A stretch of DNA of 64,000 bases from assembly GCA_963841915.1 (NCBI GenBank), contig CAWJEN010000006.1:416001-480000 (forward strand), given 5' to 3'. Below, one piece after another: positions 20,874 through 29,946 of this stretch. Position 1 is the stretch's first letter. The number at the start of each line of letters is the position of its first letter. The notes beneath the pieces were generated by a model, which had not been told where the DNA came from, did not search any database, and saw nothing but the letters and a program-made list of their open reading frames with translations. Source of the stretch: an uncultured Planctomycetota bacterium. GTDB lineage: Bacteria > Planctomycetota > Phycisphaerae > Tepidisphaerales > Tepidisphaeraceae. Both the position numbers and the translations under genes were made by a program.

Positions 20874-21581
20874 TCAAGCCATCAGGCTCGACCACATGAG
20901 TTCGAAGCACGCGGCCCGCTGGGCCTCGTGTTTCTTCAGTTGCTCTGCGAGATGTCTGACATGGGGCGTATCTCCAAGCGTCGCAACGTCGCCGGCAGTT
21001 GCCTCAGGATGCAGGCCGCACAGCACGACGCGACCGTGACCGACGGACGTCGAAGCAGCCGCGACTTCGCCGTGCGGGTAGCGGGCCAGTACGTCGAAAC
21101 CTTGACCGACCAGGTGGAAGCCGCCCCAGTAGAGGGCGACCAGCCTGTCCGGTTCGAGCGTCACAACGGCCGCACAATCGGGGTCATCGCGGAACGGCGG
21201 GGCAAGCTCGGGAAGCGGCCCGACTGCCGACGCTGCAACAAATGCCAGTTCCCGCGGCTCGTCGACATGCAGATCCGGGGCGTTGAAGATGACGCGATTG
21301 GCGGCGTAATACCCGCCGGCACACGAGCCGTAAAAGCGACCGCCTGCCTCGACGTAACTGCGGATGGAGGCGTTGCCTGCACCAGCTAATTTGCGGATGT
21401 AGGGCCGATCGGCTCCGCCGGGCAGGACGAACGCTGCCGCGTCGTGCCAGGCATCTGCGATGACTTCTTGAGCTTTGATGCGGCGAACTGTGTTGCCGCG
21501 GCGCTGCAGTTCGCGCTCGAGACATCCGGTGACGAAAAGGCCCGCACCGTCGTCGTCGTAAAGCAGAATCGTGCCGGACAC
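20874..21581 (-). CDS. Stand-alone BPL-N domain protein (class I GATase-like)
   Basis: LYDDDGA, VLPGGAD, GSCAGGYY and HPE motifs. Confidence 0.8.
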   Translation of the reverse strand: MSGTILLYDDDGAGLFVTGCLERELQRRGNTVRRIKAQEVIADAWHDAAAFVLPGGADRPYIRKLAGAGNASIRSYVEAGGRFYGSCAGGYYAANRVIFNAPDLHVDEPRELAFVAASAVGPLPELAPPFRDDPDCAAVVTLEPDRLVALYWGGFHLVGQGFDVLARYPHGEVAAASTSVGHGRVVLCGLHPEATAGDVATLGDTPHVRHLAEQLKKHEAQRAACFELMWSSLMA

Positions 21582-21594
21582 GCTGCGACTCTAC

Positions 21595-22808
21595 CTACGC
21601 GAGTTGCACTGACGCGACACTCTGCGGCGACAAACTGCTGTCGGTGGCGAGCACGAGCTGAACGACCTGTGATGCAAGCTGTTCGAGGCGTTCGGCAGTG
21701 ATGTCGACGAGTTCGTCCAGCGTCGCCGGGCCGGGGGCAAGGCCGAACACCCCGCTCAGGCCCAGAGTTGGCGCGTCATCCACGGCGTCGTGAGCAAGCG
21801 AGCCGACCAACGCGACGCACGGCACTTCCTCGGTCTGACACAGCTTGGCCACACCGGCGGCGACCTTGCCACCGAACGAGCCACCGTCGAAGCGTCCTTC
21901 ACCGGTGATGCACAGTCGAGCGCCGGCCAGCCGGTTGCGAAGTCCTGCCACATCGGCCACCGCTTCGATGCCTTGCCTTGGCTCAGCCTTGCACGCCAGG
22001 CTCAGCCCGAACGGCAGCCCGCCAGACGCACCCATGAACGGCTCGTTCGCTGCGGCTTCTCGCAGACAGATTTTAGCTGCGTGTTTGAGGCCGGCTTCGA
22101 GTTGCTTGATCTGCTTCGGTGTTGCGCCCTTTGCGCGCTGAACATGGCGGCTGTGCCGTTGGGACCGAGCAGCGGGTTGTTCACGTCGCAAAGCAGCGAG
22201 ACGCGCGACCGCAGGCCCACGATCGGCACCTCGACATGCGTCAGCGAGGCAAGATCGCCACCGGTAATTGGTCGTTCAAGCGGGCCGTCGGCCGTCTCGA
22301 ACCGAACGCCCAAAGCTTGGGCGGCACCTAAGCCGCCGTCGGTCGTGGCGCTGCCACCGGCACCGACAATGATGCGTCGGCACCCGGCGTCGGCGGCGTA
22401 GCGGATCAACTCGCCCACGCCGTACGACGTCGTTCGTACCGGATTGTAATCCTTGCGTGCGAGGAGTTGCAGCCCTGCGGCGTCGGCCATGTCGATCAAG
22501 CCCGTCAGGCCGCCATCGATCAGCGTGACACGCCCTTGCACAACTGTATCTGGAAGCGGCCCGCACACGTCGAAGGGCACCACGGTCACGTCGGTCGGAT
22601 CATGCCCGGCGGCAATTGTTTGCGCCGTTCCTTCGCCACCGTCCGCCAGCGGGCACAAGTCGACGTCGGCCTCAGGTGCCGCCGCCAGGACCCCACGCTT
22701 GATCGCATTGCACACCTCGATAGCCGAAAGCGACCCCTTGAACGCGTCTGGTGCGATAACCACGCGTAGACCCGCCCCACGACGATCAGGACCAGGAACG
22801 CTTCGCAT
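21595..22808 (-). CDS. glxK: Glycerate kinase with a single -1 frameshift at about 22131 (probable homopolymer error)
   Basis: IAPDAFKGSLS, LADGGEGT and GGSATTDGG in one frame; KGAT...GASGG and ITGEGRFD...GKV in the other; CAAAGGGC where CAA-AAG-GGC is expected. Confidence 0.85.
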
Positions 22809-22872
22809 CTCTGGTCGCATACCAAATGGCATACCATGCCCAATACGTCGCACAAGAATTGGTAATGGACGC

Positions 22873-24363
22873 ATGGCAACATCTGTCCGAATACAAGCAC
22901 AACGCACCTTGACCGAATCTCAACCGGGTCACCGCGACAGGCTGCTTCTCATCGCATTTGGCAGCGTGTTCGCCATCTTGTCGGTGATGATGAACGTGCT
23001 GAGCACCGGCTTTCTAGAGGCCGACGGCATCACGCACTACCTGTATGCGCGGCACGCATTCGACGCGCCGTGGGTCTTTGTCGATGTCTGGGGCCGGCCG
23101 ACGGTCAAGCTCTTGCACGCACCGCTTGCCGCGGCAGGGGGCACGGTGCTGGGCCACCCGACCGGGCTCGTGCTCGTCCGGCTGGTGAGCCTGATGATGG
23201 CGATCGGCGGGGCGATCGTGACGTGGCGGGTTGCAACCAAACTCCCGATGTTCCACCAGCGAGCGGCGCTGGTCTTTGTCTGTGCACTTGGCTCGCCGTT
23301 GGTGTTTCTGCACTCGTTCAGCGTGCTCACCGAGTTACCGTTCGGCTTCCTGATGGTGATCTGTCTGTGGGCCTATGCCCGGCAGCGTTGGGTCGTGCTG
23401 GCGCTGGTCGCGGGGCTGCTCCCGGCGACACGGCCTGAGGGCATCGGGTTCGTGCTGATGATCGTCGGCGGGCTCGTCCTGCACCGGCGATGGTTGGCGT
23501 TGCCGCTGGTCGCGCTGGGGCCGATCACGTGGGCAACGGCCGGCTGGATGATCGCCGGGTCACAAGGGTCGCCGATCACCGGGCCGTTCCTGTGGCTCGC
23601 ATCGGCGTGGCCGTATTCAGAGGAAAGCACGTACGCAAGCGGTCAATTGCTTAAGTTTGTGGGCATGTTGCCCGCGGCAGTGGGGCCGATGCTGTTCCCA
23701 TTCGTTGTCATTGGTCTGGTCGTCGCCTACCGACAATGGCGAGGTTGGCGGACGGAGCACGAAGTGCGGGTCGGCCTTGTCATCGCGCTAGTGCCGACGA
23801 TTGTAATCGTCGTGCACAGCCTGCTGCACTGGACGGGCAAGATGGCCAGCAGCGGTGACGTGCGGTACCTCCTTGCCGTTTCGCCATTCTGGGCGTTGCT
23901 GGCGGCACGCGGGCTCGAGGCGACGTGGCAGCGGCTACGCCTAAGGGGTCTTGTGCCGGCCACACTTGCCTTCATCCTGGTGCCGATCATCGTGCTGCAG
24001 GCCTTCTATCCGATCGTGCCGATCCGCGAGGATGACGACGCTCAACTGGCTCGCGAAGTCGCCCAGTGGTGGCTGGACGACGCTCAGGCTGAACTAAGGG
24101 CGACACATCCGCACCTGCAGGTCGATCATCCGGTGTTCCGCCTGGCAGCGGGGACGACACCGTTTTCTAGCGGCACGACACCACGCGAAATCGCCGAGGC
24201 ACGACCCCCCGGCAGCGTCTACCTGTGGCACGTCGTCTACAGCCAGTACAACGCAGACTTCCGCTACACGGTGCCGGTCGAGCTCCCACCGGCGAGCGGC
24301 TGGCGAGACATCACGCCGCAACAGTTTCGAGAGAGGTGGCGGTTCTTTGTGTCGGACCCGTAG
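22873..24363 (+). CDS. GT-C-like multi-pass membrane protein
   Basis: ADGITHY, LTELPF and RPEG motifs; many TM helices. Confidence 0.6.
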   Translation: MATSVRIQAQRTLTESQPGHRDRLLLIAFGSVFAILSVMMNVLSTGFLEADGITHYLYARHAFDAPWVFVDVWGRPTVKLLHAPLAAAGGTVLGHPTGLVLVRLVSLMMAIGGAIVTWRVATKLPMFHQRAALVFVCALGSPLVFLHSFSVLTELPFGFLMVICLWAYARQRWVVLALVAGLLPATRPEGIGFVLMIVGGLVLHRRWLALPLVALGPITWATAGWMIAGSQGSPITGPFLWLASAWPYSEESTYASGQLLKFVGMLPAAVGPMLFPFVVIGLVVAYRQWRGWRTEHEVRVGLVIALVPTIVIVVHSLLHWTGKMASSGDVRYLLAVSPFWALLAARGLEATWQRLRLRGLVPATLAFILVPIIVLQAFYPIVPIREDDDAQLAREVAQWWLDDAQAELRATHPHLQVDHPVFRLAAGTTPFSSGTTPREIAEARPPGSVYLWHVVYSQYNADFRYTVPVELPPASGWRDITPQQFRERWRFFVSDP

Positions 24364-24371
24364 AGTCGGCC

Positions 24372-24761
24372 ATGAGCGACAAGAAGCCGATCGTCACGTT
24401 GGTGGGTCACTGCGGGCCTGATTCGTCGTTTCTGCGCATGGCCATCTCCTCAGCCCTGCCAGGCGCGACGGTCAAGATGGCCGACACTGATGCCGAACTG
24501 GCCGACGTGATCGAGACTGGCTCTGACCTGTTGCTATTTAACCGCGTACTCGAAGTCGGCTTCGACAACAGCGACGGCGTGGAGTTGCTCCGACAGACCA
24601 AAGCAAAGCACGCCGATCTGACGGTTATGATGGTGAGCAACTTTGCTGAGACGCAGCAGGAAGCTGAGGCCGCCGGTGCTGCTCCGGGATTCGGGAAGAA
24701 CGCCATCGGCAGCGACGAGGTCAAGGCCAAGATCCGCGATGCGGTCGGCGTGGCGGCATGA
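24372..24761 (+). CDS. Atypical single-domain response regulator (receiver fold)
   Basis: DLLLFNRVL, DGVELL, VMMVSN, GFGK; Asn at the phospho-Asp position. Confidence 0.7.
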   Translation: MSDKKPIVTLVGHCGPDSSFLRMAISSALPGATVKMADTDAELADVIETGSDLLLFNRVLEVGFDNSDGVELLRQTKAKHADLTVMMVSNFAETQQEAEAAGAAPGFGKNAIGSDEVKAKIRDAVGVAA

Positions 24762-24778
24762 TCCGCTAGCCTGAGGCG

Positions 24779-25831
24779 ATGACCGCGTCCGTCGCACGAA
24801 CCCGGTTGCCGCAGCTGGACGGACTGCGGGCTGTGGCCATTGCTCTGGTGCTGGCCAGTCACCTGTGGCCGCTGCCGACGGTGAAACATCTTGGGCTCGA
24901 CAAGCTGTGGGCGCCGCCGCTCGGACATGTCGGCGTGTCGTTGTTCTTCGTCTTGAGCGGATTCCTCATCACGCGGATTCTGCTCGCCAGCCGGGATCGG
25001 CAGGAAGCAGGCGCGACGCTGGGTTCGCAGCTTTGGCCGTTTTACGCAAGGCGGTTCCTTCGCATCGTGCCGGCGTACACGGTGCTGCTGGCGGTGTTGG
25101 TGTGCGGGGGCGTGCAGCGGGCTGACGAGCGGCTGGTCTGGCACGCGACGTACACGAGCAACGTCATTCTGGCCAGCGATGCCGAGTGGGCCAAGGGTGG
25201 TTTCGATCGGCACCTGTGGTCGCTGTCGGTCGAGGAACAGTTCTATCTCGTGTGGCCATTGCTGGTGCTGCTGACGCCGCGACTCGGGTTGCTGCCGATG
25301 ATGGTGCTGACCTTCGCCGGTGGAACGTTGTGGCGGAGTTGGTGCCTGTGGGAAGGCACGAGCTTCAAGTGGACCGAGATCACGACACCCGCCAATGCCG
25401 ATCTGCTGGCGGCGGGTGGTCTGCTCGCGCTCGTGGCACTGCCGCGATCGGCCGCCTGGGCGATGACGCTGATCGTGCTGCCGGTGGCGCTGCTTCTGAA
25501 CGGACCGTTGGGCAACTGGCAGATCGGGCCACGCATCGCGATCAACAACGCGATTCTGGCGCTTGGGTTGGCAGGGCTCGTGCGGTTGTGCGACGGCACC
25601 GGTGGCCCGCTCGCATGGCGGCCGCTCGCGTATGTCGGGACCATCAGCTACGCCGCGTATCTCGTGCACACCGTGTGCGGGGAACTGGCACGGCGGATGA
25701 TTGGAGCCGACGCCAATGTGTGGCTGCTGTCGATCACGGCGACGTCGCTCACGCTCGGGATCGCGTCGCTGTCGTGGCACGCGTTCGAGTCGCCGATCCT
25801 TCGGCTCAAACGCCTTGTGCCGTACCGCTGA
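24779..25831 (+). CDS. Acyltransferase family 3 (OafA-like O-acetyltransferase)
   Basis: LDGLRAVA, FFVLSGFLI, RRFLRI, HLWSLSVEEQFY. Confidence 0.9.
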   Translation: MTASVARTRLPQLDGLRAVAIALVLASHLWPLPTVKHLGLDKLWAPPLGHVGVSLFFVLSGFLITRILLASRDRQEAGATLGSQLWPFYARRFLRIVPAYTVLLAVLVCGGVQRADERLVWHATYTSNVILASDAEWAKGGFDRHLWSLSVEEQFYLVWPLLVLLTPRLGLLPMMVLTFAGGTLWRSWCLWEGTSFKWTEITTPANADLLAAGGLLALVALPRSAAWAMTLIVLPVALLLNGPLGNWQIGPRIAINNAILALGLAGLVRLCDGTGGPLAWRPLAYVGTISYAAYLVHTVCGELARRMIGADANVWLLSITATSLTLGIASLSWHAFESPILRLKRLVPYR

Positions 25832-25863
25832 AGCGGTGACTGACCGACCTAAGCTCTGGCCAG

Positions 25864-26556
25864 ATGTCCGTCACGGTCCGCGACCTCATCAAGCAGTATT
25901 CTGACCCGACCGGTGGTCGGGCGGCGGTGGTGCTCGACGTCCCTGCGCTTGATCTCAAGCGGGCCGAGCAGGTCGCACTCGTCGGAGGCAGCGGCACGGG
26001 GAAGACGACGCTGCTGCACATTCTGGCCGGCATACTCAAGCCCGACCGCGGCAGCGTCGTCATCGCCGACATCGACCTCTCCAACCTGGGCGAAGCGGCA
26101 CGCGACGCATTCCGCGGCAGGCACGTCGGGTACGTCTTTCAGACGCACCATCTATTGCCCGGCCTGACCGCACGCGAGAATGTGCTGCTTGGCATGACGT
26201 TCGGCGGCACTAAACCTGACCGCTCGCGTGCCGATGACCTGCTCGACGCCGTTGGCCTAAGCGACCGCCGTGACTACCGACCCGGCAAGCTCAGCGTCGG
26301 CCAACAGCAACGTGTTGCCGTCGCAAGGGCGCTGGCCAACCGGCCAACCTTGCTGCTAGCCGATGAGCCGACGGGCAGTCTCGATCCTCCCACGGCGGGC
26401 GTCGTCGTCGACCTCATTCGCAAGCTGGCCGATGACTGCGGTTCGACGCTTCTCGTCGTAACGCACGATCGTGATGTCGCTGCGATGCTGCCGCGGACGC
26501 TGGATCTGGCACACCTGAATCTCGCCAAGAGCGAGCCTGTCGAGGTGGTGGCATGA
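25864..26556 (+). CDS. ABC transporter ATPase (LolD/MacB class)
   Basis: GGSGTGKT, LSVGQQQRV, LLADEPTGSLD, VTHD. Confidence 0.9.
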   Translation: MSVTVRDLIKQYSDPTGGRAAVVLDVPALDLKRAEQVALVGGSGTGKTTLLHILAGILKPDRGSVVIADIDLSNLGEAARDAFRGRHVGYVFQTHHLLPGLTARENVLLGMTFGGTKPDRSRADDLLDAVGLSDRRDYRPGKLSVGQQQRVAVARALANRPTLLLADEPTGSLDPPTAGVVVDLIRKLADDCGSTLLVVTHDRDVAAMLPRTLDLAHLNLAKSEPVEVVA

Positions 26557-27923
26557 ACCTCTTCGAGCTGGTCCTCAAGAACCTGCGCCAGCGCAAGCTG
26601 TCGAGTTGGCTGACGATCATCAGCGTCATGCTTGGAACGGCGCTGGGTGTGGCCTTACTTGTTCTGCAACGGGAAACACCCAAGCTGTTTGGTCAAAGCG
26701 ATTTCGGCTACACGCTCGTCGTCGGTGGCAAGGGTGACCCGCTGGGCCTGGTGCTCAACAACGTCTACCTGCTTGGCGGCCCGCCACCGACGACGGCGTA
26801 CGACGTCTATCAAGACCTAGTGGGCAATGCGTCGTCGTTGTCGCGGCATGTGGAGTGGGCAATTCCCTTTGCCTGGGGCGACACGCATCGCGGCCGACGG
26901 ATCATCGGGACGACGCCCGACTTCATCACAACGTTTCGGCCTCGCCTCGACAAGCCGCTCTCGCTGGCCGAGGGCGAAGCGTTTCAGGCCGACACGTGGC
27001 AGGCAGTCATCGGCAGCGACGCGGCGGAGGAACTTGCCGCGGATATCGGCTACTCGTTCGCCGCCTTGCATGGCAGTGATGAGCGGGGCCACCTGCATGA
27101 CGAACGGTGGAAGGTCGTCGGCATCCTCGCCCGCACCGGGACGGCCATCGACAAGGGCATCTACGTTCCGATCGCTACGCAATACGCGCTGGGCGACCAT
27201 GGTGACGGCCTACTCGACCAGGGCCGGGCGCGGCTATCGGCGGAGCGTGTGAGCGAGCTGTATGAGGAACGCAAGGCAGAGCTCGAAGCCCTTGTCGCCA
27301 GCGGCGGGGCAGAAGCCCACACCGGCTATGTGCTGACGGGTGAAGGACGGGTCATTCCCGATGTGCCCGAAGCCTTGTGGCGGGTCAGCGGCGTATTCGT
27401 CCAGACGACCGGCGGTGGCTTTGCGGCGAGTGCTTTGAAGTTCGACCTCAACAATGGTGACCGGGCCACTGCGGCGGTGCCGGCCGAAGTGATGACGGCC
27501 TTCTACAACACGTTCCTGGAGACGCCCGGCATTCTGCTCATGATCGTCACGGCAGGCGTGACCTTCGTCGCCGCGATCTCGATCCTCGTGAGCATCTACA
27601 ACAGCGTGCAGGCCAGGCGACGGGAAGTGGCGGTGCTGCGCAGCCTCGGGGCCACTCGGGTCAAGGTGCTGCTGCTCGTCACGATCGAGGCGACGCTCAT
27701 CGGCCTTGTCGGTGCGATTGCCGGAGCCATCGTGGGCCACGGCATCGCGGCGGTGGCGAGTACCTACCTTGCTGACCGGCTCGGCGGGGGCATCGCGTGG
27801 TGGTCGGTCGGTCGCTTGGAGGTGCTGTACCTGCTGGGCGTGGTGCTCCTGGCGGCGGTGGCAGGCCTTGTACCGGCGCTGGCGGCGTATCGGACGCCGG
27901 TCGCGCAGAACCTGACCGAGTGA
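26553..27923 (+). CDS. ABC transporter permease (MacB/FtsX class) with His-rich periplasmic loop
   Basis: One N-terminal TM, large periplasmic domain (LHGSDERGHLHDE), RRREVAVLRSLGA and 3 TMs; ATGA overlap with the ATPase gene. Confidence 0.85.
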   Translation: MNLFELVLKNLRQRKLSSWLTIISVMLGTALGVALLVLQRETPKLFGQSDFGYTLVVGGKGDPLGLVLNNVYLLGGPPPTTAYDVYQDLVGNASSLSRHVEWAIPFAWGDTHRGRRIIGTTPDFITTFRPRLDKPLSLAEGEAFQADTWQAVIGSDAAEELAADIGYSFAALHGSDERGHLHDERWKVVGILARTGTAIDKGIYVPIATQYALGDHGDGLLDQGRARLSAERVSELYEERKAELEALVASGGAEAHTGYVLTGEGRVIPDVPEALWRVSGVFVQTTGGGFAASALKFDLNNGDRATAAVPAEVMTAFYNTFLETPGILLMIVTAGVTFVAAISILVSIYNSVQARRREVAVLRSLGATRVKVLLLVTIEATLIGLVGAIAGAIVGHGIAAVASTYLADRLGGGIAWWSVGRLEVLYLLGVVLLAAVAGLVPALAAYRTPVAQNLTE

Positions 27924-27942
27924 ATCTGACGTATAGTGGTGT

Positions 27943-28476
27943 ATGGACAAGGCCCCCATTGCTCCGCCGCCCGCCGCAACGGGCGGTGCGCTGAAAGCCG
28001 TGCTGTTCGCCCTCGTCGTGCTGTGCCCGGTCGTGGCACTTGGCTACGTCTTTCTCGACGTCAGCCGAACCGGTGGCATCAAGCAGCTGCCCGACGGCAC
28101 GACCGTCGTCGATCTGCAGTCGATGAGTAGCTTCAGCTTCGATCAGCTCGACGGCACGATCAACGACGTTCCGGAGAAGTACCGCGAGCTCGATGGCAAG
28201 CGGGTGGCGCTCGAGGGCGAGATGTACGTGGCCAACTCCTCTGCCGGTGAAGTCGAAAAGTTCGACCTTGTCTACTCCATCGCAGACTGCTGCTACAGCG
28301 GCAAGCCGCAGGTGCAGCACTTTGTCCGCAGCCAGACGAAGCCCGGCCAGCCGGTCACGAAGCACAAGGGCGAAGTGCTCGCCTACGGCACGCTCCGAGT
28401 CGAGGTGACGCGTGAGGGTGACGAAATCACCGGGGTCTACCACCTCGCGGTGGATGATGTCGAGCCGCTGGACTAA
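27943..28476 (+). CDS. DUF3299-like membrane-anchored OB-fold protein
   Basis: LDGKRVALEGEM...DCCY...GTLRV...VYHL pattern after one TM. Confidence 0.65.
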   Translation: MDKAPIAPPPAATGGALKAVLFALVVLCPVVALGYVFLDVSRTGGIKQLPDGTTVVDLQSMSSFSFDQLDGTINDVPEKYRELDGKRVALEGEMYVANSSAGEVEKFDLVYSIADCCYSGKPQVQHFVRSQTKPGQPVTKHKGEVLAYGTLRVEVTREGDEITGVYHLAVDDVEPLD

Positions 28477-29867
28477 AGCGATTCGTCGTCATCCAGCGTC
28501 GCACCGAAGTTGCCGCGCAGGACGGCGAAGTCGAGAATGCTGACGGTGCCGTCGTAGTTGAAGTCGCCTTGAGAGAACAGGCTGCCCGAGCCGAAGTTTG
28601 CACGTAAGGCGGCGAAGTCGAGGATGCTCACCGATCCGTCACCGTTGGCGTCACCGGCAAGTACGTCGAAGGTGACGACGACATCGCCGGCGAGCGTGTT
28701 ACCGGCTTCGTCTGTTGCATCGGCGGCTGAGATGCGGGCCTCGTAGCGGCCGTCAGGCAGCAGTGTGGTAGCGGTCAGTGTGATGCCGCGGCCGAAGTCG
28801 GTGCGGTCGAAGGTGAACGCGTCGAAGGTCTGGCCGGTGGTCAAGTTGGTCACGACGACGTCATTTGCATCGACGCTGGATGCAACGTCTTCGTCAAATG
28901 AGAAGGCAATGGTCTGACTTGCTTCACCGTCGTACGAGCCGACACCGACAGGTGAGCGTTCATCTCCGATGCGGCCTGCGAGGTAGTCGAAGAGATTTAG
29001 CGCGTACTGCTCGTTATCGAAGCGGTTGATGTTCGTGCCTGCACCGTTGGCATTGAAGAAGGTGTTGCGATCGAAGTGTGCGACGACACGGCCGCCTTGC
29101 ACCTCGGCGGCGGCAAGGCTTGCATCGTCGCCCGTGACCGCACGGGCCGGGCCACGGTTGTCGCCGGTATTGTCGCTCGTGTCGCCCTTAGCGATTGACA
29201 GTCTCTGGCCGACGGTCGCGTTAGCGAGGTTGACCGGGCTGACACCTTCCCCGTCGAAGCGGTCGACGTTCGTGAAGATCGGGTGGTCTGGCACGACAAA
29301 GTCACCGTCGCCGCGGAGCAGCGAGTAGGTGCCGCGATCTTGGTTCATCTGCCAGCCGATGACGTCAAGAAACGGCTGGTCACTGGCCGGTGCGTCGCCC
29401 CAGGAGCTGCCGAAGTTGGCGTCGCTGATAAAGAGGGTGCCACCGCCGTTGCGAACGAACAGTTCAAAGGCATCGACGGCCGCCTGATCGTAGACAGCGT
29501 TGTTGGAGCCGAAGACGACGACGTCGTACTGCGCGAGGTCAAGTGTTTCGAGGTCGAGGTGAACGCCGTCGACCTGGCCGGTAGCTGACGCGCCTGATTC
29601 GATAGTCTCGGCGAGTTGCGTGAGCTCGTAGCCGTGCGTCTCGAGCGCTGTCGCTAGTTCGCCCCAGCCGTGGTTGCCGCCGAACGTCTGGTCGTTGGTG
29701 ATGTCGGCGAGCTGCTCGGTGCGGCCGGTGTCGTTGTTGGCTTCCAGGAAGCCGCCGCTTCGGTCGGCCCCGCGGATGAACAGAACGTGGCCCGCGTCAC
29801 CGGTCCCGCCACTGAGCAAGCGGCGGGCTTCAAGCGATTCGACGATAGTGAGGCGAGGCGTCTTCAT
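28473..29867 (-). CDS. Exported protein: LEARRLL leader, GATase-like/DUF4350-like domain, Ig-like domain, dockerin
   Basis: MKTPRLTIVESLEARRLLS; YDVVVFG...FVRNGGGTLFI; C-terminal GDANGDGSVSILDF duplicated motif. Confidence 0.8.
   Translation of the reverse strand: MKTPRLTIVESLEARRLLSGGTGDAGHVLFIRGADRSGGFLEANNDTGRTEQLADITNDQTFGGNHGWGELATALETHGYELTQLAETIESGASATGQVDGVHLDLETLDLAQYDVVVFGSNNAVYDQAAVDAFELFVRNGGGTLFISDANFGSSWGDAPASDQPFLDVIGWQMNQDRGTYSLLRGDGDFVVPDHPIFTNVDRFDGEGVSPVNLANATVGQRLSIAKGDTSDNTGDNRGPARAVTGDDASLAAAEVQGGRVVAHFDRNTFFNANGAGTNINRFDNEQYALNLFDYLAGRIGDERSPVGVGSYDGEASQTIAFSFDEDVASSVDANDVVVTNLTTGQTFDAFTFDRTDFGRGITLTATTLLPDGRYEARISAADATDEAGNTLAGDVVVTFDVLAGDANGDGSVSILDFAALRANFGSGSLFSQGDFNYDGTVSILDFAVLRGNFGATLDDDESL
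28503..28655 (-). repeat. Dockerin-like duplicated Ca-binding motif, copy A
   Basis: [22 protein letters not shown]...[22 protein letters not shown]. Confidence 0.85.
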
Positions 29868-29884
29868 AGTGCTCTTTACAAGCG

Positions 29885-29920
29885 GACGATGCCCGCGTTC
29901 GGCTGAACGCGGGCATCGTC
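29885..29920. terminator. Perfect 16-bp stem-loop between two dockerin genes (no U-tract; stabiliser or terminator)
   Basis: GACGATGCCCGCGTTC-GGCT-GAACGCGGGCATCGTC. Confidence 0.6.
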
Positions 29921-29946
29921 TCATGAACACGCGATGTTGCCAACCG

